Source: Balanoglossus misakiensis (taxonomy: Eukaryota > Animalia > Hemichordata). From it: 64,000 bases of DNA. Made by a program: the position numbers and the translations under genes. Positions 51,038-62,659 of the stretch are shown here, one piece after another; position 1 is the stretch's first letter, and every line of letters starts with the position of its first letter. The notes beneath the pieces are model-generated. The model did not search any database. It was not told the origin of the DNA and saw only the letters and a list, made by a program, of their open reading frames with translations. The DNA lies in assembly GCA_040954595.2 (NCBI GenBank), contig CM082594.2:580208-644207 (forward strand), read 5' to 3'.

Positions 51038-54000
51038 CTGGTAACGTTGAACAAGTCGATTTTTCTAGGGCCTGGCTCGGCTAAATCTTCGTCACAATAT
51101 GACAGACACTAGCGTATGTTAGCAACGGTGATCAAGTCAGATTTTCTACGGCATGGCTTGGATAAAGCCCCGGCACTCTAGAGCAGAAACACGCGTACAG
51201 AGACCACGTTGATCAAGTCTGATCTCCTACGGCTTGGCTCGACTGAAACCCTGGCACACTATGACAGACACTAGCGTTCGTTAGCAACGTTGATCAAGTC
51301 AGATTTCCTACGGCATGGCTTGGCTAAAGCCCTGGCACTGTAGAGCAGAAACACGCGTACAGAGACCACGTTGATCTACTCACATTTCCTTCGGCCTGGC
51401 ACGGCTGATGCCCCGGCACTATATATAGGACACAGACTGGCGTAAGTTAACAACGGTAATCACGTCGGGTTTCCTACGGCCTGGCTCAGCTGAAGTCCCG
51501 GCACTCTAGAGCAGAAACAGGCGTACATTGACCACGTTGATCAAGTCAGATTTCCTACGGCGTGACTCGGCTGGTGCACCGGCTCTATATGACACAGACT
51601 GGCGTAAGTTATCAACGGTGATTACGTCGGATTTCCTACGGCCTGGTTTAGCTGAAGCCCCGGCACTTTAGAGCGGAAACACGCGTACATTGACCACGAT
51701 GATCAAGTCAGATCTCCTACGGCCTGGCTCGACTAAAACCCCGGCACACCATGACAGACACTAGCGTTCGTTAGCAACGGTGATCAAGTCGGATTTCCTT
51801 CGGCCTGGCTCTGCAAAAGACCTGACACTCTAGTACAAAGACGTTGGCTAAGTCGGGCAAACCGAAGAGGGAAAGTCACAGCGGGTCAACACTCGACATT
51901 TGTTCGGGTAGGACTGCATTATTGCCTGTCAATTTATAGAGAAAGCTCGAATTTAACCAGGGCGTTTCAAACACCGACGTTAGTTGGGGGCACGGCCTGC
52001 AGTACTGCCGGGTAAGCTGACATCGGCGTACCGCATGTAATGTAGGGGGGGGGGGGGGGGAGGGAAACAGAACGGTTCAATGCTACATTTATCAGATATC
52101 AGCTAATTTTGGACAATCATCTAAAATCTAAATCATTTTTTCATATTTGGATATCTGATGATGTATGAAATTTCCATTATATGTAAAAATGGTGCTGATT
52201 ATAAAAATGCACTCTGAATGAGCTGATTTAATACAAAATTGCGTTTTATTCGTTTTTGCACCAAAAAGGTCATTTTTAGGCAAAACATTCTTTATTTTTT
52301 AATTCGGTGACCTGATCATATATAAACAATTGCTTGTATGTTAAAAGTTTTTCTGACTTTTAAAAGCAGTGACACTGGCGGCATTCAACACGAAAATAAC
52401 AATTTTAGCCACAATTTGGTCAAAATGGTAAATTTTTGAAAATTACAAAAAATACCTGTTTTCTACATTTTCGGAAATCTGATGGAGTATAGAATGCTCT
52501 TCGTATCTATATATATCGATACAAATTCCACAAAAGACCGTCTAATTTGGCTCACTGCAGACAAATTGCGTTTTACCAAATTTTCCTTGAAAATGTCATT
52601 TTTAGAAAAAAAATAAAAAAACCTTTGTTCTTCGAATTTGGTGCCCTGATCATATATGACATGTTGATTGTATGTTAAAACTTTCGACCACTCCAAAAAT
52701 GCAGAGATATTGACGGAATTCAAGAAAAAATAGCCATTTTGGCCATATTTTGACAAAAATGGTAAATTTTAAAAAAATCTTAAAAAATTAACTCTTTTCT
52801 TCATTTTCGGAAATATTATGGAGCATGAAGTGTCGTTCTCTTGTAAAAAGTGCTGCAAATTCCAGAAAAGGCGGTATAATTTGAATCACCCAAGTCAAAA
52901 TTACCATTTTCGATATTTTCCGAAAAATTGTCTTTTTTACAAAATAAATAAGAATAAATTCTTTTCTTAGTTTCAAACGGGTAGAGATACTTTCCACACG
53001 GGTTTTCTAACATTGAATTCCCGTTCATCAACTCAGATTTCCTACAGCATAAGTCGGCTAAAACCCTGACACTCTAGAGCAGAAACAGTTGCACACTGGT
53101 AACGTTGAACAAGTCGATTTTTCTACGGCCTGGCTCGGCTAAATCTCCGTCAAAATATGACAGACACTAGCGTACGTTAGCAACGGTGATCAAGTCAGAT
53201 TTTCTACGGCATGGCTTGGATAAAGCCCCGGCACTCTAGAGCAGAAACACGCGTACAGAGACCACGTTGATCAAGTCTGTGTCCTATATATAGTGCCGGG
53301 GCATCAGCCGTGCCAGGCCGAAGGAAATGTGAGTAGATCAACGTGGTCTCCCGTGTGGAAAGTATCTCTACCCGTTTGAAACTAAGAAAAGAATTTATTC
53401 TTATTTATTTTGTAAAAAAGACAACGTTGATCAAGTCAGATTTCCTACGGCATGGCTTGGCTAAAGCCCTGGCACTCTAGAGCAGAAACACGCGTTCAGA
53501 GACCACGTTGATCTACTCACATTTCCTTCGGCCTGGCACGGCTGATGCCCCGGCACTATATATAGGACACAGACTGGCGTAAGTTAACAACGGTAATCAC
53601 GTCGGGTTTCCTACGGCCTGGCTCAGCTGAAGCCCCGGCACTCTAGAGCAGAAACATGCGTACATTGACCACGTTGATCAAGTCAGATTTCCTATGGCGT
53701 GACTCGGCTGGTGCACCGGCTCTATATGACACAGACTGGCGTAAGTTATCAACGGTGATTACGTCGGATTTCCTACGGCCTGGTTTAGCTGAAGCCCCGG
53801 CACTTTAGAGCGGAAACACGCGTATATTGACCACGATGATCAAGTCAGATCTCCTACGGCCTGGCTCGACTAAAACCCCGGCACACCATGACAGACACTA
53901 GCGTTCGTTAGCAACGGTGATCAAGTCGGATTTCCTTCGGCCTGGCTCTGCAAAAGACCCGACACTCTGGTACAAAGACGTTGGCTAAGTCGGGGAAAAC

Positions 54001-54105
54001 GAAGAGGGAAAGTCACAGCGGGTCAACACTCGACATTTGTTCGGGTAGGACTGCATTATTGCCTGTCAATTTATAGAGAGAGCCCGAATTTAACCAGGGC
54101 GTTTC
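51038..54105 (-). repeat. Macrosatellite in inverted orientation
   Basis: Reverse complement of the units at ~41.3-44.3 kb, with shared private variants. A small rearranged patch lies at 53274-53424. Confidence 0.97.
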
Positions 54106-54453
54106 CAGGCATGATCTTGAAAACTGTAATACCGAGGTCATGTGGTGGTGGCGCTGTTTTACTGGTCGCAGCTTAGTGATTACGGCTCCTGAAAATTGCT
54201 AGTTTTTTGCCTTAGATCTGATGCTTATGACTTGTACGGCACAAGGACTGGAACATGAAACTGTTCTTAATACCTAGAACCTTGTTTGAAATGTAAGTGT
54301 GCACTGTTCATCTGGATTTCGCCATTCGGTTTTTCTTCTTCACCATATGTGTATTGAAGGACTGCACTGTACAATCTCTCTGGAGTGGCGGGAAATTTGT
54401 ATTGTCATCCAAATAACTGTATTGTCTTCCAAAAATTTGCATTGCAAATCAAG

Positions 54454-56295
54454 ATGGCAACACAAAGGAAATCTGTCACCGGTGAATCCACAGTTCCATT
54501 AGACATTGAGCGACAGATGAAAGCAAAGTACCTGGATCGAGTAAACGACATGTCTCCACAAGAACTGAAATCATTCAGCAAATGGCCACTTGTCAAAGAG
54601 TTAAATGCCGAAATGACGCTCCTGCTACCTAATGTTGAAGCCGATCCCATTAAAAAGGTATGCCACTACATCGGAAACGCCTTGAATAACCGTGTCCAAC
54701 AGCGCCTGGCAGAGGTAAGCCGTCCATCGTCACCGCCTTCTGCCAACTATGTCATTGACATGGTTACCTCTCCTATAAAGTCGCTAGTGAGAAGCTTTAG
54801 TCACAGCAACTCCGAAGTTGATTCGTCTGATATTACCCTGGAATCCGACAATGTTGAATCAACCCAGCGACCACCAAAAGCTGGTAAGAAAACCCCACGC
54901 AAGTAAAAGAAAAAGCGTCAAGCGGAAAAGAATCGTCAACAAAAATCACCCGGCACTGAATGTTACTGTACTGAAAACTGCAAACTTGATAGATCGGGTA
55001 ATGGTGAAATGATTCGGTGCAGCTTGTGTTATAGCTGGTTTCACCTAAAGTGCATAAATGTTGAAAATGAGGAACTGAACCGCTATTTCTGGCCATGCCA
55101 TGACTGTAGACGTCTGTCACATTCCGTCACTGCACTGAATAATCAAATTTCTGAATTTAAGGACACCAATGAATACCTACGGGATATATACTCATCCGCT
55201 ACGAAAGAAAACGCTGAATTAAAGGAGGAACTTCTCAAGCTCCGTGACGTAAATGCCGACCTGAAAATGAGACTACATACGGAACTGACTAAACAAAGTA
55301 ACCGTCCGGAGGTAAGATCTCTAGGTACACAAACTAGTGATGATATGATCCAGACAGATGAGTCTCATGTCAGAGAGCAGCGTACACAAGACCAAACATT
55401 ATTCGTTGGGGACTCGTTACTTCGTTTCATATCCCCAGTAAATCACAATGCTACAGTGGAAGCTATTCCAGGTGCTACGATTAATGACATTCATGCTAAC
55501 CTGTCTGCTAAATGCAACGACAAATACAGGGAAATATATCTCCAAGTAGGAACAAATGACATCAGTAAGATGATTCCAACGGGTGATATCATAGCAAGCT
55601 ACCTGGATTTGATAAAACTCGCCAAAACCTTGTCAAATGATCGAGTCATCGTTCTCAGCATTCCGCCTCGGACAGACACTACTGATGTTCAACCAAAAAT
55701 AGATGAAGTTAACAATGAGCTTGCTTTGCTGTGCCAACGGGAAAACGTCAATTTCATTGACAACGATGGTACCTTCAAATTCCGTAATAACACAATTGAT
55801 GCGTCTACACTCTATCGAGACGGCATTCACCTAAGTGTCAAAGGCATTCGTATTATGTTGACGAATGCTGGTCTCGAACAACTGTTCACACCGGGCAAAT
55901 TTCAACGTCGAAGATGGGATAACCAATCGTCTACTCGCCCGGACGAATTTCAACGTCGAAGATGGGATAACCAATCGTTTACTCGCCCGGACGAATTTCA
56001 ACGTCGAAGATGGGATAACCAATCGTTTACTCGCCCTGGGCCAGCAGTTCAACGGCAAAGATACGAAAACACTTTTCTCAGCAGAAGACCGGAACAACAT
56101 GTCGTAACCAACAGAAACCCAAACGCCGGTCGTATGTTCTCGCAGCGTAACTTCTCGCAACCCGCAACAAATGTCAAATGTTTCAACTGCGGAGAGGATG
56201 GTCACGTGAGTCGTGTTTGTCGACATGGTGCAGCGGTAACTTGCTGGTCATGTGGCACTCAAGGGCACAAGTCAAAGAACTGTACCCGCGCCTGA
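54454..56295 (+). pseudogene. LINE ORF1: PHD finger, coiled coil, SGNH/GDSL esterase-like domain, two CCHC knuckles; one in-frame TAA at 54904-54906
   Basis: ORFs 54385-54906 and 55009-56295 are in the same frame. Motifs: CYC...MIRCSLCYSWFHLKC...WPCHDC, VGDSLLR, VGTND, DGIHL, CFNCGEDGHVSRVC, CWSCGTQGHKSKNC. Confidence 0.85.
55898..56037 (+). repeat. 48-bp coding tandem repeat x3 (FQRRRWDNQSxTRPDE) in ORF1
   Basis: 'tttcaacgtcgaagatgggataaccaatcg' at 55900, 55948 and 55996. Confidence 0.95.
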
Positions 56296-59295
56296 GAAGC
56301 CGGCCATGATGAGTGTGCCGAAAATACTACTACTCATGGTGACATCACATCAACTTCACCGAAACCACATGTTGATCCTACTGCGAACTCCAGTAGTCAC
56401 CCATTTCATGATCTCACTACTTCAAAAGGTATACGTATTGGTTTTTGGAACATTCAACATTTAACCAACAAGATTGATGAATTGCGCTTAAAATTGAACA
56501 ATAACATTAAACCTTTCGATGTTCTTATTTTGAGTGAAACATTTCTCAGTGACCTTCATTGTGATGCAGATTTTATCATTAATGGGTACGAATCATGCAG
56601 AAAAGACAGGTCAACTGGACCTGGTGGTGGCCTTCTCGCTTATGTTAACTCGAATTTCACCTTCAAACGCAGGCATGATCTTGAAAACTGTAATACCGAG
56701 GTCATCATAATTGAACTGTCTATTAATTACGCCCGTCCAATCTTTGTAATTGGTATTTATAGACCACCTAGTTCAACTCTTTCTGTTGACAAAGTTATTG
56801 AGAGTATTATCGAATCTGTTTATTTAGAAAACAAAGAAATGATTGTATTGGGTGATTTTAACTTCAACCTCCTGAGTCCAAATGGGAGGAATAGCTATCT
56901 GTATAAGTGTATGGAATCTATGAATTTTAGTCAACTCGTCACCACTGTAACTCGCCCCATATCGGGAACCTTGCTTGATCACATTTATGTAAATAGTCCT
57001 AGTAACATTTCGAGAACCTGTATCCCTAAGGTTGGTCTTTCCGACCACTATCCTGTTTGTGTTATACGACGTTACCATGCCAACAATTGTAATACGGGCT
57101 CACATATTTATGTTACCAGTAGGCATTTTCGAAACTTTCATGCAAACAGCTTTATCGATGACTTAAACTCTGCTTTTGAGTCTTATTGTCATACAGACGA
57201 TGTAAATACTGCGTTTATGGACTGGGCAACTTTTTTTAATGACATCTGCAATACGCATGCACCAAGAGTTGTTCGAAGGGTGAAGCGGCTACGACAACCA
57301 CCATGGTTTTCTTCGGAGATTTTGGAGCTAATTCATCTCGATAAAGCCGTGCGTTCCAACTCGCATGATGACTGGAGTATGTATAGAACACTAAGAAATA
57401 AGGTAGTTCACTTTATAACCACCGAGAAGCGTCGCTACTATAGAAGTATTTTTTCTGCAAATTCCAGTAATCCAACTGTTGTATGGCGTACTGTACATGA
57501 CATTCTTTCAAATGATAACGCCTGTTCGCAAAGTCCTCGCATCACTTCCAATAACAGAACACTGTCGAATCACAAAGACATTGCAGATGCCTTCAATGAT
57601 TATTTCACCAGTATTGTTGTTGAGTACCGCCAAAGTCTTCCTGGCCACTCAGATTTGGCAATCACGAAAACGTGGGTTAATTCACAAATGAGCCCAAATT
57701 TACCTTCTTTTCAGCTGCCCCAAATCCCATTTAATTTTGTGATGGAGCAACTAGCATCGTTAGATGCTACCAAATCTCATGGTTTTGACAATGTCTCCCC
57801 CAAACTTCTTAAAATCGGGGCAAATAGTATAGCGGGTCGCATTACTAATATGTTCAATTTGTCAATAACGAATGGTACTTTCCCTGATTGCTTTAAATGT
57901 GCCAGAGTTGTACCCATACATAAGAACGGGCCGAAACATGTTATTAGTAATTACAGGCCCATATCAATCTTGCCTGCTTTATCAAAGATACTTGAGAGAC
58001 ACGTTTATAACAGTCTGTACACTTATCTACAGAATAATAAGTTAATTATGAGTTCGCAGTCGGGTTTCAGACGCTTTCATTCATGTAATACCGCATTGCT
58101 GAAGCTTACAGATCAACTTTTAAGAAATATTGATAATGGTCTGTACAATGGCCTAATGTATCTTGACTTATGTAAGGCCTTTGACTTGGTCGATCATGAT
58201 ATTCTTTTAAGGAAATTGTCCATTTACGGTGTTAATGATGTATCTTTAAAATGGTTTCGTTCATATCTCTCGAATAGATGTCAATTTGTCAGTTACATGG
58301 GTGAGGAATCAAAGACTTTACCTGTTGTTTGTGGTGTTCCACAAGGTTCCATTTTAGGACCTCTTTTGTTTTTAATTTTCATTAATGATTTACCTTTGAG
58401 TCTCAGCATGGGCAACATTGATATGTTTGCTGATGATCAAACACTTTGTGTCTCTGGCATCTCTATTAATGAGGTTGGTACAAAACTTCAAGAGGACGTT
58501 TTACCAATTTCCACATGGGTTTCAAATAATGCCATGTCAATTAACACCACCAAGACAAAATGGATGATTGTTGCCTCTCGCCCAAAGGTTAATAATGTGT
58601 CCGAGCACAGTGTCACTCCCAATATTAGGATCAATAATACTTGCATTTCTTGTGTTTCTTCTCACACACTTCTTGGAATAGAGATTGACAATGCTTTAAC
58701 ATGGGATACTCATATAGATAACTTAAGTAGAAAATTGTCAATGCGGATTGGGGTACTGAGGAAATTGCGACCTTTGACCCCAAGGCATACTCTTATGTTG
58801 GTTTATAATGCTATTTTCCTTTCTATAATTGATTACTGTTGCACTGTTTGGGGCAACACATCAAAAACCAATCTACAGAGAATTTATAAACTTCAGAAAA
58901 GAGCCGGCAGAGTAATTTTAGGAGTAGACATTACATTTCCTTCTCGTTCTCTTCTGACAACTCTTCATTGGTTGCCCATTGATATTAGAATTGAGTATTT
59001 CATTGCTGTTCAAACTTTCAAGATACTACATGGCCTGGCGCCTGATTATTTAAATGAATTTTCCTATGTTTCTGAGATGTACAATTTTACCACTAGATCT
59101 GTCAGCAACGCTAATTTGTATGTGCCCACTTTTAAAACAGCAACTGGGCAAAGGTCTTTTATGTATCGAGCAACAAATATCTGGAACAATATTCCCCTGT
59201 CTATAAGAAGCATATACAGTCTGTCACAGTTCAAGTCACAACTACGTAACTTTTTTCACACTAAATTTATAAATGAAGGTTCATCACTTGATTAG
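56296..59295 (+). CDS. LINE ORF2: apurinic-like endonuclease plus reverse transcriptase (open from the ORF1 stop, no initiating ATG)
   Basis: GFWNI, SETF, GGG, IYRPP, GDFN, LDHI, SDH; NYRPISIL, QSGFR, DLCKAFD, GVPQGSILGP, FADD; C-terminal RSFMYRA..IWN. Confidence 0.92.
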   Translation, partial: EAGHDECAENTTTHGDITSTSPKPHVDPTANSSSHPFHDLTTSKGIRIGFWNIQHLTNKIDELRLKLNNNIKPFDVLILSETFLSDLHCDADFIINGYESCRKDRSTGPGGGLLAYVNSNFTFKRRHDLENCNTEVIIIELSINYARPIFVIGIYRPPSSTLSVDKVIESIIESVYLENKEMIVLGDFNFNLLSPNGRNSYLYKCMESMNFSQLVTTVTRPISGTLLDHIYVNSPSNISRTCIPKVGLSDHYPVCVIRRYHANNCNTGSHIYVTSRHFRNFHANSFIDDLNSAFESYCHTDDVNTAFMDWATFFNDICNTHAPRVVRRVKRLRQPPWFSSEILELIHLDKAVRSNSHDDWSMYRTLRNKVVHFITTEKRRYYRSIFSANSSNPTVVWRTVHDILSNDNACSQSPRITSNNRTLSNHKDIADAFNDYFTSIVVEYRQSLPGHSDLAITKTWVNSQMSPNLPSFQLPQIPFNFVMEQLASLDATKSHGFDNVSPKLLKIGANSIAGRITNMFNLSITNGTFPDCFKCARVVPIHKNGPKHVISNYRPISILPALSKILERHVYNSLYTYLQNNKLIMSSQSGFRRFHSCNTALLKLTDQLLRNIDNGLYNGLMYLDLCKAFDLVDHDILLRKLSIYGVNDVSLKWFRSYLSNRCQFVSYMGEESKTLPVVCGVPQGSILGPLLFLIFINDLPLSLSMGNIDMFADDQTLCVSGISINEVGTKLQEDVLPISTWVSNNAMSINTTKTKWMIVASRPKVNNVSEHSVTPNIRINNTCISCVSSHTLLGIEIDNALTWDTHIDNLSRKLSMRIGVLRKLRPLTPRHTLMLVYNAIFLSIIDYCCTVWGNTSKTNLQRIYKLQKRAGRVILGVDITFPSRSLLTTLHWLPIDIRIEYFIAVQTFKILHGLAPDYLNEFSYVSEMYNFTTRSVSNANLYVPTFKTATGQRSFMYRATNIWNNIPLSIRSIYSLSQFKSQLRNFFHTKFINEGSSLD

Positions 59296-59474
59296 ATTTC
59301 ATGAATGTTTCCGCCATTGCGACTTGATTTGATTTTTTCAGTGTTTTTTTTTTCCTTGTTGTATTCATTCTCATTTTGCCTTTGAGGGCTCTGTTGTATA
59401 TTACAATTCTACTTTGTAACACAGACTACCCTCTGTAAATAAAGCATAATAATAATAATAATAATAATAATAAT

Positions 59475-61061
59475 CACCGACGTTAGTTGGGGGCACGGCC
59501 TGCAGTACTGCCGGGTAAGCTGACATCGGCGTACCGCATATAATGTAGGGGGGGGACAGAACGGTTCAATACTACATTTATTAGATATCAGCTAATTTTG
59601 GACAATCATCTAAAATCTAAATCATTTTTTCATATTTGGTTATCTGATGATGTATGAAATTTCCATTATATGTAAAAATGGTGCTGATTATAAAAAATGC
59701 ACTCTGAATGAGCTGATTTAATACAAAATTGCGTTTTATTCGTTTTTGCACCAAAAAGGTCATTTTTAGGCAAAACATTCTTTATTTTTTTAATTCGGTG
59801 ACCTGATCATATATAAACAATTGCTTGTATGTTAAAAGTTTTTATGACTTTTAAAAGCAGTGACACTGGCGGCATTCAACACGAAAATAACAATTTTAGC
59901 CACAATTTGGTCAAAATGGTAAATTTTTGAAAATTACAAAAATACCTGTTTTCTACATTTTTGGAAATCTGATGGAGTATAGAATGCTCTTCGTATATAT
60001 ATATTGATACAAATTCCACAAAAAACGGCTAATTTGGCTCACTGCAGACAAAATTGCGTTTTACCAAATTTTCCTTGAAAATGTCATTTTTAGAAAAAAA
60101 AATAAAAAAACCTTTGTTTTTCGAATTTGGTGCCCTGATCATATATGACATGTTGATTATATGTTAAAACTTTCGACCACTCCAAAAATGCAGAGATATT
60201 GACGGAATTCAAGAAAAAATAGCCATTTTGGCCATATTTTGACAAAAATGGTAAATTTTTAAAAAATCATAAAAAATTAACTCTTTTCTTCATTTTCGGA
60301 AATATTATGGATAATGAAGTGTCGTTCTCTTGTAAAAAGTGCTGCAAATTCCAGAAAACGCGGTATAAATTGAATCACCCAAGACAAAATTACCATTTTC
60401 GACTTTTTTTCGAAAAATTGTCTTTTTTACAAAATAAATAAGAATAAATTCTTTTCTTAGTTTCAAACGGGTAGAGATACTTTCCACACGGGTTTTCTTA
60501 CATTGAATTCCCGTTCATCAACTCAGATTTCCTACAGCATAAGTCGGCTAAAACCCCGGCACTCTAGAGCAGAAACACGCGTGCAGAGATCACGTTGATC
60601 AAGTCTGATCTCCTACGGCTTGGCTCGACTAAAACCCCGGCACACTATGACAGACACTAGCGTTCGTTAGCAACGTTGATCAAGTCAGATTTCCTACGGC
60701 ATGGCTTGGCTAAAGCCCTGGCACTCTAGAGCAGAAACACGCGTACAGAGACCACGTTGATCTACTCACATTTCCTTCGGCCTGGCACGGCTGATGCCCC
60801 GGCACTATATATAGGACACAGACTGGCGTAAGTTAACAACGGTAATCACGTCGGGTTTCCTACGGCCTGGCTCAGCTGAAGCCCCGGCACTCTAGAGCAG
60901 AAACAGGCGTACATTGACCACGTTGATCAAGTCAGATTTCCTACGGCGTGACTCGGCTGGTGCACCGGCTCTATATGACACAGACTGGCGTAAGTTATCA
61001 ACGGTGATTACGTCGGATTTCCTACGGCCTGGTTTAGCTGAAGCCCCGGCACTTTAGAGCG
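59475..61061 (-). repeat. Macrosatellite (inverted), with a deletion of about two 81-bp subrepeats near 60555
   Basis: Resumes at 'caccgacgttagtt' right after the LINE tail. Confidence 0.96.
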
Positions 61062-61988
61062 AGACGTTCTTTGCCGAGTAGGATGCTGTCAGACAACGCA
61101 TCGACTTATTTATCGGCTGCCAATGAAATCAAAACACTGTTTGATACGCCAGAAGTAAATGACTTTCTCGCCGCACATCGTGTACAATGGACGTTTATAC
61201 CGAAGCGCGCGACCTGGTTTGGTGGCTTCTGGGAGAGGCTGATTGCTTTGACAAAGAACGCTATTAGGAAAACTCTCGGTCGAGCTAACCTAACCTTTGA
61301 TGAACTCGCAACAGTTGTGACTGAAATTGAAGCCGTTTTAAACGACAGGCCGTTAACGTACGTGTCATCCAGTATAAACGACAACATTGGATTGACCCCA
61401 AATCACTTGCTACATGGCAGGACACTGACATCATTGCCGTACATCGAGATCACCGACGAAGAGGTGATTGACCCATCTTACTGTGATAATCGTGAAATCA
61501 ACAAAAGATATGAACATCTATCAAGATTACACGATCAATTTTGGCGAAGATGGTCGTCCGATTATCTGACTGCCCTACGTGAACGACATCCCACCAAAGG
61601 AACTCGTGATAATGTCATCAAGGTCGGAGATGTCGTGATAATACACAGTGACACTGACAAACGTCCGAAATGGCATTTAGGAACTGTAACAAGGTTGATC
61701 TTCGGTAATGATAAACTGGTACGATCTGCGGAGTTGAACACCGCAGGTGGTCCTACAAACCGACCTATCCATAAATTGTACCCATTGGAAGTTGTCTCCA
61801 AGGAGCTGTCAACTGTGTCTGGAGATAATACAGGTATTGGAGCAGATTCCAACACGAATACTGAAACAGTCGACACAGCTGGAGCCTCTGAAGATTCCTC
61901 GGTGAAGGCGGATGTTGTACCCCCGAGACGACCTGTCAGAGACTCTGCAGTTGCCGCTCGAGTACGAATAGCGGATCTCTCTATTTGA
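61062..61988 (+). pseudogene. 5'-truncated BEL/Pao integrase C-terminal part (element 2, a different family from element 1)
   Basis: SDNA, WTFIP..A.WFGGFWERL, EAVLNDRPL, LTPNHLL, FWRRWSSDYL, VGDVV, W.LG.V, RPIHKLYPLE. It starts abruptly at the satellite junction. Confidence 0.9.
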
Positions 61989-62162
61989 CTTTGAAATTGG
62001 AAAACAATTTCGATCGCATTGTGACTGTTATCATGTTTACTGACACAATGAACATTAGTTTATTATCCTTGAACACTTTAGGTGACTTTAATCATATTTC
62101 ATGTTATTTGATGTTTTTTTTTCTGACGATTTTCGAGACTTTCCTTTGCGCGGGGGAGAATA

Positions 62163-62494
62163 TGGAGAAGTGAGAGATTTACTCCAGAAGGATCACGTGA
62201 CGGAAACTCTTACCCTATCAGAGTTGACTTTGTTTCCCGCCAAACTTTATACTTGTAGCAGATTTATTGTAATTTTTGAGTGTTTGCTCCGGCGTTCGTG
62301 GGACTTATATATAACCCAGTTTTGGCGCTTTCGGGCAGCATTTTCTAAGGAGCTCTGTGGTGTTACTTTGTTGTTGGATTCAGATGGTAATAAACCAGTG
62401 TTTTACCTAGCACTGAATCGTTCGCTTCTTTTCCGACGTCAGTATACTCGAACCCCCTCCCGGGAGTATTGATCACTGCCACGATACTTCCCCA
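62163..62494 (+). repeat. 3' LTR (332 bp) of BEL/Pao element 2
   Basis: Follows the PPT 'gggggagaa'. Termini tggagaagt...acttcccca are inverted at 8/9. It has TATA-like and AATAAA motifs, and satellite resumes directly afterwards. Confidence 0.8.
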
Positions 62495-62659
62495 CAATTT
62501 GGTCAAAATTGTAAATTTTTGAAAATTACAAAAAATACCTGTTTTCTACATTTTCGGAAATCTGATGGAGTATAGAATGCTCTTCGTATGTATATATCGA
62601 TACAAATTCCACAAAAGACCGTCTAATTTGGCTCACTGCAGACAAAATTGCGTTTTACC
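62495..62659 (-). repeat. 165-bp piece of the macrosatellite (inverted) between two LTRs
   Basis: 'caatttggtcaaaa...gcgttttacc' matches the reverse complement of the AT-rich half. Confidence 0.93.

Larger units (their letters stand above)
54106..59474 (+). mobile_element. Non-LTR retrotransposon of the L2/CR1 group (Crack/Daphne-like), near full length
   Basis: ORF1 and an APE-RT ORF2, a 3' stem-loop (gaggg...ccctc, ~59384-59433), AATAAA and a (TAA)n tail. There is no TSD; 3 bp (aaa) of the satellite target are deleted. Confidence 0.93.

Noticed and set aside
51440-51800. 5S rRNA-like words (cctacggcc, accacgttga, ttagcaacg) in the 81-bp repeat
   Set aside because: The short matches are not colinear with 5S and there is no box C or 120-nt fold.
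52150-52200. Hammerhead-like CTGATGA...GAAA in the satellite - strand
   Set aside because: Stems II and III and the cleavage triplet cannot be formed, and the motif is disrupted in many copies.
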